64,000 nt of DNA from Aminivibrio pyruvatiphilus (GCF_004366815.1 NZ_SORI01000015.1:1148-65147); one strand, 5' to 3'; positions 17,957 through 28,413 are shown, counted from the first letter of the stretch. The notes: generated by a model not told the origin, from the sequence alone. Numbers and translations: made by a program.

Positions 17957-18658
17957 TCAGATGGTGGGGGCGTTGTAGACCAGGTAGCCGGCCGCAGCGA
18001 GAAGCAGAAGGCCGCTGATCTTTCCGAGCCAGGCTGTGGCTTTTCCGCCGCCGGAGAAGATACGGGAAAAGGCGTCCGTGGCGCTTCCGGCGGCGATGAT
18101 CACCGTGCAGTGGCCGGCGCCGTAGGCCGCCACGAGCAGCAGCGCCCGGACGATGTCGGTGGCGGCGGTCTGCATGGCGAGGAAGATCACCGGGGCAGAG
18201 TAGGCGAAGCTGCACGGCCCGAGGGCCAGGCCGGAAAGGGTCCCGAGGGCGAGGGCACCCCGGTAGCCCGTGTGTTTCGTCGTGGGGCCGGAGCCGCCCC
18301 GGAACCACGGCATGTTGATCAGCCCCAGAAGGTGCAGGCCGAAGAGGGCGAAGACGGCAGCCACGATGTAGTTGGTGTACCGGTCGATGCCGCCGAGGAA
18401 GACCCCGGCCGACGTGAGGAGCCCCCCGAGGAAGGCGAGATTGACGAAGACGCCGAGGGAGAAAACCACGGAAATGCGGAAGGCCGACCAGAAGGTGGGG
18501 TTGTCCGAATCGCTCACGTAGCCCACCACCAGGGGTATGGTGGCGATGCTGCAGGGACTGAGGGTCATGCCCAGTATTCCCCAGGCGTACAGGGCGGCGT
18601 ATGCCGCCGCCCCGTCGCCGTGGAACACGCCGTAAAGAAAGTCATACACGCCGCCCAT
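17957..18658 (-). CDS. ccdA: Cytochrome c biogenesis protein CcdA / DsbD-family thiol-disulfide transporter (transmembrane domain)
   Basis: Multi-TM protein with two conserved Cys (LSPCSIATIPLVVGY and LGPCSFAYSAPVIFL) typical of the DsbD_2/CcdA family. Confidence 0.8.
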   Translation of the reverse strand: MGGVYDFLYGVFHGDGAAAYAALYAWGILGMTLSPCSIATIPLVVGYVSDSDNPTFWSAFRISVVFSLGVFVNLAFLGGLLTSAGVFLGGIDRYTNYIVAAVFALFGLHLLGLINMPWFRGGSGPTTKHTGYRGALALGTLSGLALGPCSFAYSAPVIFLAMQTAATDIVRALLLVAAYGAGHCTVIIAAGSATDAFSRIFSGGGKATAWLGKISGLLLLAAAGYLVYNAPTI

Positions 18659-18667
18659 GACCCTGTG

Positions 18668-19042
18668 TCAGTTCCCTGTCTCCATGTCGTAGCCCAGGCC
18701 TTCCCAGTGCTTCTCCAGGGCGTCGAGGGGCATGTACCCCACCCGCTTGTCGAGCATCTTTCCCGTCTCGTCGAGGAACACGAGGGTTGGGACGTAGCGC
18801 ACCTGGTAGAGCCTGGCCACATCGGGGAAGTCCCGGACGTTCACAATCTGCACTTCGAACTTGTCCCCGTGCTTCTCCGAAAACTGGTCCAAAACTTTGG
18901 ACATCTCAACGCAGGCCGGTCAGCCCGGAGACATGAGCTCCACGAGCTTGGGCCGGGCGGTTTCGGCCGCGTATCCGGAGTAGGGAAGCAGGAGAACTAC
19001 AGCGAGAGCGGCAAAGATAAGAAAGAGCCGGTTAATGGTCAT
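18668..19042 (-). CDS. Thioredoxin-like protein with an in-frame TGA at the first active-site position (U-P-A-C), i.e. a candidate selenoprotein; signal/anchor peptide at the N-terminus
   Basis: Minus-strand translation from the ATG at 19042 (RBS GGGGGGAUG): MTINRLFLIFAALAVVLLLPYSGYAAETARPKLVELMSPG-[TGA 18922..18920]-PACVEMSKVLDQFSEKHGDKFEVQIVNVRDFPDVARLYQVRYVPTLVFLDETGKMLDKRVGYMPLDALEKHWEGLGYDMETGN. The TGA sits exactly where the CxxC first Cys is expected. A hairpin GUCCAAAGUUUUGGAC lies ~20 nt downstream of the UGA. An ORF finder only calls the 78-aa tail. Confidence 0.55.
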
Positions 19043-19191
19043 TTTTTCATCCCCCCTGGGTGTATTTCGGTATATGAAATTGCAGCATTATTGTAGCCGT
19101 TGACCGAGGGGCCGGTCAACGCGAAAAGGGCGGATTTTCCCTTTCCGGGAAATTTTCGGTAGAATGGCGGAGCGGAAGGGGAGTGAACTGA

Positions 19192-20376
19192 GTGGAAAAA
19201 GAAAACGATCGGGAAAATGCCTTTTTTGAAGATCTCGTCGCTGTCCGCCGGAGGCTTCACGCCTGTCCGGAGCTGGATTTCGACCTGAAGGAAACCGTGG
19301 GGATCGTTGGGGAAAGCCTCGATTCCCTGGGTATTCCATGGCGGTTCGTCGCCGGAAGCGGCATTGCCGCCCTCCTGGAGGGAACGGAGCCCGGGCGGAC
19401 GGTGCTGCTGCGGGCGGACATGGACGCCCTTCCCGTGGAGGAGGAATGGGAAGTTCCCTGGCGGTCGAGGTATCCCGGGAGAATGCACGCCTGCGGCCAT
19501 GACGTCCACACCGCCTGCCTTCTCGGGGCGGCCCGCCTGCTGGCGGACAGGAAGAACGATTTTTCCGGGAACGTCCTTTTCGTCTTCCAGCCTGCCGAGG
19601 AGACCTCCGGGGGAGCCCTTCCCATGATCCGGGACGGCCTGCTTGAGGGGCCGGCGCCCGACGGGGCCTTCGCCCTTCACTGCGATCCCTCCCGCCCGGC
19701 GGGAACGGTGGGGGTTCACCGTGGGGCCTTCAGGGCGGCATCGGACATGTTCGACTGCGTGGTCAGGGGAAGGGGAACCCACGGAGCGGAGCCCCACAGG
19801 GGCGACGACGTGATCGCCGCGGCCTGCAGGGTGGTGACCGCCCTCCACGAGCTGGTGGGGCGGACGGTGTCACCGGCGGAGCCGGCGGTTCTGTCCATCG
19901 GTTCCTTCCACGGGGGAAGCGCCAGGAACGTGCTGCCGGAGCGGGTAGAGTTCTCCGGGATCCTCCGCACGCTGAAACAGGAGACGAGGGTCGCCCTGAA
20001 GGCGAAGATCCGGCGGACGGTGATGAACATCCCCGATATCCTCGGTGCCGTGGGCGAAGTGTCGTTCACCGAAGGATATCCCGCCCTCTTGAACGACCCT
20101 GAGCTGGCCGACCTGGTCCTCCGGGCCGCCGAAGGGGTTCTCGGGAAGGAGAACGTTGCGGTCCTCACGGAGCCGAGCATGGGGGTGGATGATTTTTCCT
20201 TCTTTCTGCAGCGGATGCCCGGGTGCTACTTTATGCTTGGAACCGGCACGGGGAAGGGGGAGGACGCCCCTCTCCACAGCCCCCGGTTCCGCCCGGACGA
20301 ACGGTGTCTTCCCGCCGGGGCGGAGGTGCTGGCCGCCGCGGCGCTTTCCTTCCTCGCGGGGGATTACCAGAAATAG
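19192..20376 (+). CDS. M20 family amidohydrolase (N-acyl-amino acid amidohydrolase / hippurate hydrolase-like, M20D)
   Basis: VRRRLHACPELDFDLKET...LLRADMDALPV...MHACGHDVHTACLLGAARLL is a canonical M20D metal-binding block. Confidence 0.85.
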   Translation: MEKENDRENAFFEDLVAVRRRLHACPELDFDLKETVGIVGESLDSLGIPWRFVAGSGIAALLEGTEPGRTVLLRADMDALPVEEEWEVPWRSRYPGRMHACGHDVHTACLLGAARLLADRKNDFSGNVLFVFQPAEETSGGALPMIRDGLLEGPAPDGAFALHCDPSRPAGTVGVHRGAFRAASDMFDCVVRGRGTHGAEPHRGDDVIAAACRVVTALHELVGRTVSPAEPAVLSIGSFHGGSARNVLPERVEFSGILRTLKQETRVALKAKIRRTVMNIPDILGAVGEVSFTEGYPALLNDPELADLVLRAAEGVLGKENVAVLTEPSMGVDDFSFFLQRMPGCYFMLGTGTGKGEDAPLHSPRFRPDERCLPAGAEVLAAAALSFLAGDYQK

Positions 20377-21590
20377 TCGAAGAGCTGCCCCATGGGGAAG
20401 CCCGAGATCACCGACCGACCGAATCGGGAGTACAGGTTCCGCTTTCCGTCGGCCAGCGCCTGCGGGGCGAGCCCGAGACGGATGGAGTGGGATGCCTCGA
20501 TGTAGGCCGCCAGTTTGTCGCAGGCCTCGATGATCCGCCCGTCGAGAGGGTTGAGTTCGTCCCTGTTCTGTTCTTCCCTGATGTCGCCGTCGAGGAGGGC
20601 CGGAACGTCCACTCCCTTCGGGCAGATCTTGTTGCGGAACTCGTTCTCGGTGAAGTACCGGATCTCCTGCCGCCACCCTTCGGGGAGGAGGGGGAGGATC
20701 CGCTCCTCCATGGCCTGCTTTTCGTAGGCCTTGATGAGGTCGTCGAGCCCCTCCACGGAGTTTTTCACCGGGGAGACGATGTCCCGGGTCAGCACCTCGG
20801 GAAGGTCGTGGAGCAGTCCGCCGAAGAAGTTGTTGTATTTCCTCCTGGGGCAGGCGCCGGTCTCCATGGAGATGAAATAGGCGAGGACGGCCACGAAGAG
20901 CAGGTGTCCAAGGACCGATGTCTGGGGGATCCGGGGAGTCTGGGCCCACCGCTTCTGGAAGCCCAGCTGTCCCACCAGGGAGACGAAGCCCCAGAGACCC
21001 ATGTCCCTGTCGGGCAGTTCCCGGGCGGCGAGCATTTCGTCCACCGCCCGCAGGTCCCGGTGCTCGTTGATCTGTCTTGAAATCTCGCCCCTGGTCTGCT
21101 CGATGCCGAACATGGACTTGGTGCTGCTCCAGTGGTAGATGAAGTCGAACTCCCACTTGGTGGCCAGGTAGTGGGCCGCCCGGAGGCTTTTGCGCTCCAG
21201 GGAGAGGTCCCCGTCGTGGAGAAGATACGCCCGGAAGCGGGCGGCGAAGTCCGGGGACAGACCCTCGAGATCGGGGGCGAGCCTGTCGGCCACCCAGGAG
21301 TTGAGCTTTTCCCTCTGCCCGGGGTCCTGCATGAGCTTGTGGAAGACGGGAGGTTTGATGTCCGTCAGGACCACCCTGTGAAGGAACTCGAAGATCCCCC
21401 CCTCGATGAGGGCCGTCCAGTCGATGTCCCGGCCCCGTTCCTCTCCCTCGTACCGGGCGATGACCCACGCCATGATCATCTTGTGGGCCTGCTTTCCCAG
21501 CTCGGTGAAGGTGGCTGGGTGGGGGTGGTCGTTCCAGCGCTCCATGCTGGCGGCGGAGAACACGAGTTCAATCAGGGAACGGGTTATCAC
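20364..21590 (-). CDS. HD-domain phosphohydrolase (YfbR-like N-terminus, apparently two HD-like modules)
   Basis: ERWNDHPHP...H motif near the N-terminus. Second module HLLFVAVLAY...HDLPEVLTRDI (HD signature). Confidence 0.6.
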   Translation of the reverse strand: MITRSLIELVFSAASMERWNDHPHPATFTELGKQAHKMIMAWVIARYEGEERGRDIDWTALIEGGIFEFLHRVVLTDIKPPVFHKLMQDPGQREKLNSWVADRLAPDLEGLSPDFAARFRAYLLHDGDLSLERKSLRAAHYLATKWEFDFIYHWSSTKSMFGIEQTRGEISRQINEHRDLRAVDEMLAARELPDRDMGLWGFVSLVGQLGFQKRWAQTPRIPQTSVLGHLLFVAVLAYFISMETGACPRRKYNNFFGGLLHDLPEVLTRDIVSPVKNSVEGLDDLIKAYEKQAMEERILPLLPEGWRQEIRYFTENEFRNKICPKGVDVPALLDGDIREEQNRDELNPLDGRIIEACDKLAAYIEASHSIRLGLAPQALADGKRNLYSRFGRSVISGFPMGQLFDYFW

Positions 21591-21713
21591 GGGAATTGCC
21601 CTCCTTTTCCCGGCGGAAACGGCCGGAATATCCGTTTTTTTTATTATACAGCTCGCCGGGCGACCGGAGGAAAGAGGGGGCGGGGTTCGGTGATTGTGTA
21701 TGCAGTATCCTTC

Positions 21714-21743
21714 TTGACAGCGAGGCTTCCCGTGGCCTATAAT
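21714..21743 (+). promoter_or_regulatory. Near-consensus sigma70-type promoter for the peptide ABC transporter operon
   Basis: TTGACA (21714-21719), 18-nt spacer, TATAAT (21738-21743), ~105 nt upstream of the SBP start codon. Confidence 0.5.
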
Positions 21744-21850
21744 CCTTCCGTATGCAGAAGGGGATGCACCAGGGAAAGCCTGTCAAGATCAATGCAAAAG
21801 GCAACTTTTTCCCGGCCTCTCTGCGTAAATATATCGAAGGAGATGACAGA

Positions 21851-23362
21851 ATGAAAGGAAACTCCCGCACCAAGGCAACGCTTCTGGCAGTATCCGCAGC
21901 AGTTCTTCTGTGCCTTTTTGCCGTTCCCGCCCTGGCGAAGGATACTCTTGTCGTGGCCAACATTTACGACGCCCGCACCCTGGACCCCATCGTCCAGAAT
22001 GAGGTGGCCACCTCCGGAATGTGCCTTCACATCTACGACACCCTTCTTGCCCTCGACCAGGAGAACAACCTCGTCCCCATGCTCGCCGAGAAATGGGAGC
22101 AGATTGACGACGTGACCTACAAGTTCACTCTCCGCAAGGGCGTGAAATTCCACAACGGCGAGCCGTTCTCGGCGAAAGACGTCAAGTACACCGTCGAACG
22201 CGCCCAGACTCCCGTCGGAAGCGCCATCCGCCAGTATTCCGAAGTTGTCGACAAGGTGGAGATCGTGGATGACTACACCGTCATCTTCAGGCTGAAGGCT
22301 CCTTTCACCCCCTTCCTCATGTCCCTGAGCCACACCTGGGGAAGCATCGTGAACCAGAAGGCCGTCGAGGCCGGCGGTGAGTCCTACGGCATGAATCCCG
22401 TGGGCACGGGCCCCTTCAAGTTCAAGAGCTGGAACAAGGGCGACCGGATCGTCCTCGAGAGAAATGATGACTACTGGGGCAAGAAGCCTGCCTACAAGGA
22501 GCTCGTGATGCGGGCCGTGGCCGAGAGCATCAACCGGACCATCGAGCTCGAGAGCGGCGCCGTGGATATCGCCTACCGCGTGCCCGTGACCGATGTCCGT
22601 CGCGTCGAGGAGAACGAAAAGCTGACCCTGTACCGTCACCTGGAGAACTCGACGACCTACATGGGATTCAACTGCGCCAAGGCTCCCTGGGACAACCCGA
22701 AGGTCCGCCAGGCCGTCCGCCTCGCCCTCGACAACGTGGGAATGCAGAAGGCCGTCTTCCGCGGCACCGGCAGGGCTCCCAACGCCCCCGTGGCCCCGAG
22801 CGTGAAGTACTCCCACAAGGACATTCCCTACGTGAAGCGTGACGTCGAGGCCGCCAAGAAACTTCTTGCCGAGGCCGGCGTGCAGCTTCCCCTGAAGGCC
22901 GAGATCTGGACCAACGACTACAAGCCCCGCCGCGACCTCGCGACGATCATCCAGGCCCAGCTCAAGGAAGTGGGAATCGAGCTCGAGCACAAGGTCCTCG
23001 AGTGGGGTGCCTATCTTGACGGTCTCCAGAAGAAGACCCACGACATGTACATCCTCGGCTGGGTCGCTTCCGTTCCCGACGCGGAGTTCGCCATTTCCGG
23101 CGTGCTGAGATCCACCGGCGGCTCCAACTACTCCTTCTTCGCCGATGCGGAAGTGGACGCGCTCCTCGAGAAGGGCAAGAGCCTTCCTGACGGCGAAGAG
23201 CGCGCAGCGGTGTACAAGAAGGTCCAGGAGCGGATTCACGAACTTGCCCCGTGGGTGTACATGTACAACGAGGAGACCTTCCACGGTTCCCAGAAGAACG
23301 TGAAGGGATTCGTTCCCAGCCCCAGGGGATACCACCTGCTGACGAACGTAACCTTCGAATAG
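21851..23362 (+). CDS. Peptide/nickel ABC transporter substrate-binding protein (family 5, DppA/OppA-like)
   Basis: Signal peptide MKGNSRTKATLLAVSAAVLLCLFAVPALA. SBP_bac_5 architecture. RBS GAAGGAGATG upstream. Confidence 0.85.
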   Translation: MKGNSRTKATLLAVSAAVLLCLFAVPALAKDTLVVANIYDARTLDPIVQNEVATSGMCLHIYDTLLALDQENNLVPMLAEKWEQIDDVTYKFTLRKGVKFHNGEPFSAKDVKYTVERAQTPVGSAIRQYSEVVDKVEIVDDYTVIFRLKAPFTPFLMSLSHTWGSIVNQKAVEAGGESYGMNPVGTGPFKFKSWNKGDRIVLERNDDYWGKKPAYKELVMRAVAESINRTIELESGAVDIAYRVPVTDVRRVEENEKLTLYRHLENSTTYMGFNCAKAPWDNPKVRQAVRLALDNVGMQKAVFRGTGRAPNAPVAPSVKYSHKDIPYVKRDVEAAKKLLAEAGVQLPLKAEIWTNDYKPRRDLATIIQAQLKEVGIELEHKVLEWGAYLDGLQKKTHDMYILGWVASVPDAEFAISGVLRSTGGSNYSFFADAEVDALLEKGKSLPDGEERAAVYKKVQERIHELAPWVYMYNEETFHGSQKNVKGFVPSPRGYHLLTNVTFE

Positions 23363-23500
23363 GAGGAGACCGTCGGAGAACCGCTTCTGCCGGGGCTCCC
23401 TGGCTGCACGTCCGGCTGAAGTACTGAAAGCGGTCATGTTGCAGGAGCATGGAGAATTCTATGCTCCTGCTTTATTTTCCAACGGAAGGATGAACAGCGT

Positions 23501-24427
23501 ATGTTCAAATATATAGCCAGAAGGATCCTCTTTCTTCTCCCTGTGCTCGTGGGGGTCTCGTTCATCGTTTTCTCCCTCCTCTATATCACTCCCGGCGATC
23601 CCGCCCGGATGGTCCTCGGAGACCAGGCAACGGAGGAGGCCGTCCAGGAATTCCGCAACAAGGAAGGGCTGAACGATCCTTTCCTGGTCCAGTACGGTCG
23701 GTATGTCTACAAGGCGCTCCAGGGTGATATCGGCCGTTCGTACATGACACGGCGCCCGGTATCCGATGAAATTCTCTCCGCCTTTCCGTCCACCATCAAG
23801 CTCGCGGCCTTGTCCATGGTGATCGCGATTCTTCTCGGCATTCCCTTCGGCATTATTTCGGCGATCCGCCAATATTCCCTGTTTGATTCAGTGACCATGA
23901 TTTTTGCGATGGTGGGGCTTTCCATGCCGGTGTTCTGGCTCGGAATCCTGCTGATCCTGTTTTTTTCGGTCCAGCTTCGCTGGCTTCCTTCATCGGGGTT
24001 CGACTCTCTCGCAGCCATGATTCTTCCCTCGATTACCCTCGCCGCCCAGTCGGTGGCGATCGTGACGCGGATGACCCGTTCGAGCATGCTTGAAGTCGTG
24101 CGGCAGGACTACATCCGGACGGCCCGGGCCAAGGGGCAGAAGGAATCGGTGGTCATCTGGAGGCATGCCCTGGGGAACGCCCTCATCCCAGTGGTTACGG
24201 TGGTGGGACTTCAGTTCGGCCATCTTCTCGGCGGCGCCGTGCTTACGGAGTCCATTTTCTCCATTCCCGGGGTGGGACGGCTTATGGTGGAGGCCATCAA
24301 GATGCGGGACTACCCCCTGGTCCAGGGCGGCGTTCTGTACATAGCCATAGCCTTCAGCCTGGTTAATCTGCTGGTGGACCTTGTCTATGCCTGGGTCGAT
24401 CCCCGGATCAAGGCGCAGTACAAATGA
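23501..24427 (+). CDS. ABC transporter permease (DppB/OppB-like)
   Basis: MFKYIARRILFLLPVLVGVSFIVFSLLYITPGDPA N-terminus. BPD_transp_1 EAA-like region. Confidence 0.9.
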   Translation: MFKYIARRILFLLPVLVGVSFIVFSLLYITPGDPARMVLGDQATEEAVQEFRNKEGLNDPFLVQYGRYVYKALQGDIGRSYMTRRPVSDEILSAFPSTIKLAALSMVIAILLGIPFGIISAIRQYSLFDSVTMIFAMVGLSMPVFWLGILLILFFSVQLRWLPSSGFDSLAAMILPSITLAAQSVAIVTRMTRSSMLEVVRQDYIRTARAKGQKESVVIWRHALGNALIPVVTVVGLQFGHLLGGAVLTESIFSIPGVGRLMVEAIKMRDYPLVQGGVLYIAIAFSLVNLLVDLVYAWVDPRIKAQYK

Positions 24428-24457
24428 GAGTGCCCCATACCGTCAGGAGGAACAGCC

Positions 24458-25333
24458 ATGAATGAACAAACAGAAAAGAACATCGGGCAAAGCCAGCACG
24501 GCCTGAGAGAGATTTTCAAGCGCCTCAGCCGCGCGCCCCTGGCCATGATCGGCCTTGCCATAGTTGTCGTTCTTGTCTTTACAGCCGTCTTCGCCGACTA
24601 TATCGCACCCTTCGGATACGCCGACCAGGATCTCATGGCGGCCTTCGAGGAACCTTCAAAAGCCCATCTCTTCGGCACCGACGAGTTCGGCCGGGATATC
24701 TTCAGCCGCATCATCTACGGATCCCGGATTTCCCTCCAGGTGGGCTTCATCGCGGTGGGAATCGCTGTTTTTGCCGGCGGCTTCCTCGGCGCCATTGCCG
24801 GGTATTACGGCGGGAAGGCCGACAACCTGATCATGAGGGCCATGGACGTCCTTCTTTCCATTCCCTCCATCCTTCTCGCCATCGCCATCGCCGCTTCCCT
24901 CGGTCCCGGTCTCTTCAACCTCATGATCGCCGTGGGCATATCCTCCACGCCGAACTATGCCCGAATCGTCCGGGGATCGGTGCTGTCCATCCGGAACCAG
25001 GAGTTCGTCGAAGCCGCGAAGGCTGTGGGATCATCGGACCTTCGGATCATCCTGAAGCACATCATCCCCAACTGCCTGGCTCCCATCATCGTCCAGGCGA
25101 CCCTCGGGGTGGCCATCGCGATCCTGACCGCCGCCGGCCTGTCCTTCATCGGCCTCGGCATCCAGCCTCCCATCCCGGAATGGGGCGCCATGCTGTCCGG
25201 CGGGCGGGAGTACATCCGGGATTACGCCTACATGACCGTGTTTCCCGGCCTGGCCATCATGATCACCATTCTCGCGCTCAATTTCCTTGGGGACGGCCTC
25301 CGCGACGCCCTCGACCCCAAGCTGAAGCGATAG
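24458..25333 (+). CDS. ABC transporter permease (DppC/OppC-like)
   Basis: Typical DppC topology and conserved region. Confidence 0.9.
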   Translation: MNEQTEKNIGQSQHGLREIFKRLSRAPLAMIGLAIVVVLVFTAVFADYIAPFGYADQDLMAAFEEPSKAHLFGTDEFGRDIFSRIIYGSRISLQVGFIAVGIAVFAGGFLGAIAGYYGGKADNLIMRAMDVLLSIPSILLAIAIAASLGPGLFNLMIAVGISSTPNYARIVRGSVLSIRNQEFVEAAKAVGSSDLRIILKHIIPNCLAPIIVQATLGVAIAILTAAGLSFIGLGIQPPIPEWGAMLSGGREYIRDYAYMTVFPGLAIMITILALNFLGDGLRDALDPKLKR

Positions 25334-25346
25334 GAGACCACACACA

Positions 25347-26339
25347 ATGGAAGACAAAAAATTGCTGCTCGACATACAGGACCTCTCGATCCACTACGTA
25401 GTGGAAAGCGGCACCGTCCACGCGGTGGAGCACCTCAATCTTTCCCTCGCTCCCGGAGAGAACCTCGGCTTCGTCGGGGAGACCGGAGCGGGCAAAACCA
25501 CCACGGCCCTTGGGATCATGGGGCTCGTGCCGAACCCTCCGGGGAAGGTCGTCAGCGGGAAGATCCTCTTTGAAGGAGAAGACCTGCTGAAGAAGCCGGA
25601 GGAACAGATGCGCTCCATCCGGGGAGGCAAGATCGCCATGATCTTCCAGGACCCCATGACCTCCCTGAATCCCGTCATCACCGTGGACAAGCAGATCGCG
25701 GAGATGGTGCTCCTCCACAACGACGTGACGGAGCAGCAGGCCCTTGAGCGGGCCGAGGAGATGCTCGAGCTCGTGGGCATCAAGAGGGAGCGGGCGAGGG
25801 ACTACCCCCACCAGTTCAGCGGAGGCATGAAGCAGCGGGTGGTCATCGCCATCGCCCTTGCGTGCAACCCGACCCTGCTCATCGCCGACGAACCCACCAC
25901 GGCCCTCGACGTCACCATCCAGGCCCAGGTGCTGGAGCTGATGCACGAACTCCGGAGGAAGATCAACACGTCCCTCATCATGATCACCCATGACCTGGGC
26001 ATCGTCGCCGAAATGTGCGACAAGGTGGCCATCATGTATGCCGGAAAGGTGGTGGAATACGCCCCCACGGAGGCACTGTTCAATCACCCCGGCCATCCCT
26101 ACACCGAGGGGCTGTTCAATTCCATTCCCGACCTTGATTCCGACGAAGAGGAGCTGAAGGTCATCCAGGGCCTGATGCCGGATCCCACGAATCTTCCGTC
26201 GGGATGCACGTTCCACCCCCGCTGCCCCTACGCGGTGGAAGCCTGTTCGAAGGACGTCCCTCCCATGGTGGAGATCGAGCCCGGACATTTCGTGGCGTGC
26301 CCCGTGCGGGGAAAGCCCTACCTTCACCTCGGGAAATAG
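25347..26339 (+). CDS. ABC transporter ATP-binding protein (DppD/OppD-like)
   Basis: Walker [10 protein letters not shown]. Signature [12 protein letters not shown]. Walker [14 protein letters not shown]-terminal oligopeptide-transporter extension with Cys residues. Confidence 0.9.
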   Translation: MEDKKLLLDIQDLSIHYVVESGTVHAVEHLNLSLAPGENLGFVGETGAGKTTTALGIMGLVPNPPGKVVSGKILFEGEDLLKKPEEQMRSIRGGKIAMIFQDPMTSLNPVITVDKQIAEMVLLHNDVTEQQALERAEEMLELVGIKRERARDYPHQFSGGMKQRVVIAIALACNPTLLIADEPTTALDVTIQAQVLELMHELRRKINTSLIMITHDLGIVAEMCDKVAIMYAGKVVEYAPTEALFNHPGHPYTEGLFNSIPDLDSDEEELKVIQGLMPDPTNLPSGCTFHPRCPYAVEACSKDVPPMVEIEPGHFVACPVRGKPYLHLGK

Positions 26340-26350
26340 GGGGGAGCAGA

Positions 26351-27331
26351 ATGGAACAGACACATCCGATGGTTGAAGTCACCAACCTGAAAAAATACTT
26401 CAAGACCAAGCGGGGAATGCTCCACGCCGTTGACGACGTTTCCTTCACCATCCGCAAGGGGGAGACCCTCGGCCTCGTGGGCGAGTCGGGATGCGGGAAG
26501 TCCACCCTCGGACGGGTGATGATCCGCCTGCTGGAAGCGACCGGCGGGGAGGCAAAGTTCTGGGGTGAGGATATCCTCAGGTATTCAGCGGGAAAGATGA
26601 AGGATATGCGGAGGAAGGTCCAGATTGTTTTCCAGGACCCCTATTCCAGCCTGAACCCGCGGCTGTCGGTGTCCGAGCTCATCGCGGAACCCCTGCTCGT
26701 GAACAGGGTGTACTCCTCGGCAGCCGAGCGGAACAGGAAGATCGCCGAGCTGATGGATACCGTGGGCCTCGCCAGGCGGCTCATGAACGCATACCCCCAC
26801 GAACTTGACGGCGGAAGGCGCCAGAGGATCGGCATCGCCAGGTCCCTCGCCCTGTCGCCGGAATTCATCGTCCTGGACGAGCCGGTATCCGCCCTGGACG
26901 TGTGCATCCAGGCCCAGATCCTGAACCTTCTGAACAGTCTCCAGAAGCAGTTCGGCTACACCTACGTCTTCATCTCCCACAACCTGAGCGTGGTGAAGCA
27001 CGTGTCGGACCGCATCGCGGTCATGTACCTGGGAAAGATCGTGGAACTTTCGGACTACAAGAGCCTGTTCGTGGAGCCCCTGCATCCCTACACCCAGGCC
27101 CTTCTGTCGGCGATTCCCCTGCCGAAGTTCGGAAAAAAGCGGGACCGCATCATCCTGGAAGGGGACGTTCCCAGCCCCATCGAGCCTCCCGAGGGATGCC
27201 GGTTCCAGGGACGGTGCCCCTACAGGCAGGACGTCTGCAAAGAGAAGACCCCGGAGCTGAGGGAACTCGAGCCCGGCCGGTTCGTGGCCTGCCATTTCGC
27301 GAGAACCCTCGTGCCGGCCTCGGGAAAATAA
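26351..27331 (+). CDS. ABC transporter ATP-binding protein (DppF/OppF-like)
   Basis: GESGCGKST; [15 protein letters not shown]; [12 protein letters not shown]. Confidence 0.9.
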   Translation: MEQTHPMVEVTNLKKYFKTKRGMLHAVDDVSFTIRKGETLGLVGESGCGKSTLGRVMIRLLEATGGEAKFWGEDILRYSAGKMKDMRRKVQIVFQDPYSSLNPRLSVSELIAEPLLVNRVYSSAAERNRKIAELMDTVGLARRLMNAYPHELDGGRRQRIGIARSLALSPEFIVLDEPVSALDVCIQAQILNLLNSLQKQFGYTYVFISHNLSVVKHVSDRIAVMYLGKIVELSDYKSLFVEPLHPYTQALLSAIPLPKFGKKRDRIILEGDVPSPIEPPEGCRFQGRCPYRQDVCKEKTPELRELEPGRFVACHFARTLVPASGK

Positions 27332-27355
27332 GACAAGGGAACAGAACGGGAGAAA

Positions 27356-28402
27356 ATGATGAAGATCGATATGGAGTACGTGCTCCGGCTGCTCAGGGAA
27401 CTGATGGACATCCCATCGGTGGCCGGGGACTGCCGGAAAATTCTGGACAGGACCGAAAGGGAGTTTCTCTCCTTCGGCCTTCCGGTCAAGAGAACCCGCA
27501 AGGGGGCCCTTCTCGCGACCATGAAGGGGCGGAACGACGAGGAAGTCCGTCTCGTCTCCGCCCACGTTGATACCCTCGGGGCGGTGGTCCGGGAGATCAA
27601 GCCCAACGGACGGCTTCGCCTCCTCCAGATCGGGGGCTTCGCCTGGACCTCCTTCGAGACCGAGAATCTTGTCGTCCGGACCGCCTCGGGCCGGGATGTC
27701 CGGGGAAGCCTTCTTCCGGAGAAGGCCTCCATCCACGCCTTTTCCGATACGGTCCGGGAGACCCTGCGGACCGACGAGAACATGGAGGTCCGCCTGGACG
27801 AGCCCGTTTCCTCCCCGGAGGACGTCCGGGCCCTCGGGATCGAGGTGGGAGATTTTGTCTTCTTCGACCCCCGGTACGAAGTTTCGGAATCGGGTTTCGT
27901 GAAGTCACGCTTCCTCGACGACAAGGCCTGCGTCGCCTTCCTGTTCGGGGCGATAAAGGCCGTGAAGGATTCCGGAATTCCTCCGGCCCATACGACCGTG
28001 TTCTACCTGACCAACTACGAGGAGCACGGTCACGGTATCTCCTGTCTGCCGGAGAATACGACGGAGCACCTCGCCCTTGACGTGGGGATCGTGGCCCCTC
28101 CGGCAAATTCCAGGGAGGACGCCGTGACCATCGTGGCCCGGGACAGCCGGACCCCCTACGACTTCGCCTTCAGGAAGTTCCTGTCCGACCTCGCCGCGGA
28201 GAACAACATCCCCTTCAGGGTGGACACTCACTTCCGGTATGGCTCCGACGCCAGCCTCGCGGCCGTGGCGGGCTTCGACGCCAATTTCGCCTGCTTCGGG
28301 CCCGGCGTGGACGCGTCCCATTCCTACGAACGCACCACCATCAGGGCGGTGGAGGCCTCCGGTGAACTTCTCGCCGCCTATCTCGTCACCGACAGGAAAT
28401 AA
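27356..28402 (+). CDS. M42 family metallopeptidase (glutamyl aminopeptidase / FrvX-like)
   Basis: YVLRLLRELMDIPSVAGDCRK...VSAHVDTLG...FLDDKACVAFLF are M42 conserved blocks. Follows directly after dppF. Confidence 0.8.
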   Translation: MMKIDMEYVLRLLRELMDIPSVAGDCRKILDRTEREFLSFGLPVKRTRKGALLATMKGRNDEEVRLVSAHVDTLGAVVREIKPNGRLRLLQIGGFAWTSFETENLVVRTASGRDVRGSLLPEKASIHAFSDTVRETLRTDENMEVRLDEPVSSPEDVRALGIEVGDFVFFDPRYEVSESGFVKSRFLDDKACVAFLFGAIKAVKDSGIPPAHTTVFYLTNYEEHGHGISCLPENTTEHLALDVGIVAPPANSREDAVTIVARDSRTPYDFAFRKFLSDLAAENNIPFRVDTHFRYGSDASLAAVAGFDANFACFGPGVDASHSYERTTIRAVEASGELLAAYLVTDRK

Positions 28403-28413
28403 GGAGTGAACAC

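Noticed and set aside
18565-18822. ORF 18565-18822 (-) overlapping the thioredoxin-like gene
   Set aside because: It is out of frame with the conserved thioredoxin-fold translation and Pro/Thr-rich. Superseded by the 18668-19042 gene model.
21737-23437. Long antisense ORFs opposite real genes (21737-23437-, 26585-27736-, 41135-42823-, 53850-55151-, 57586-59130-, 19870-21468-, 1093-1776+)
   Set aside because: These are typical high-GC shadow ORFs with Arg/Gly/Pro-rich low-complexity translations. The opposite strand carries genes with strong family matches.
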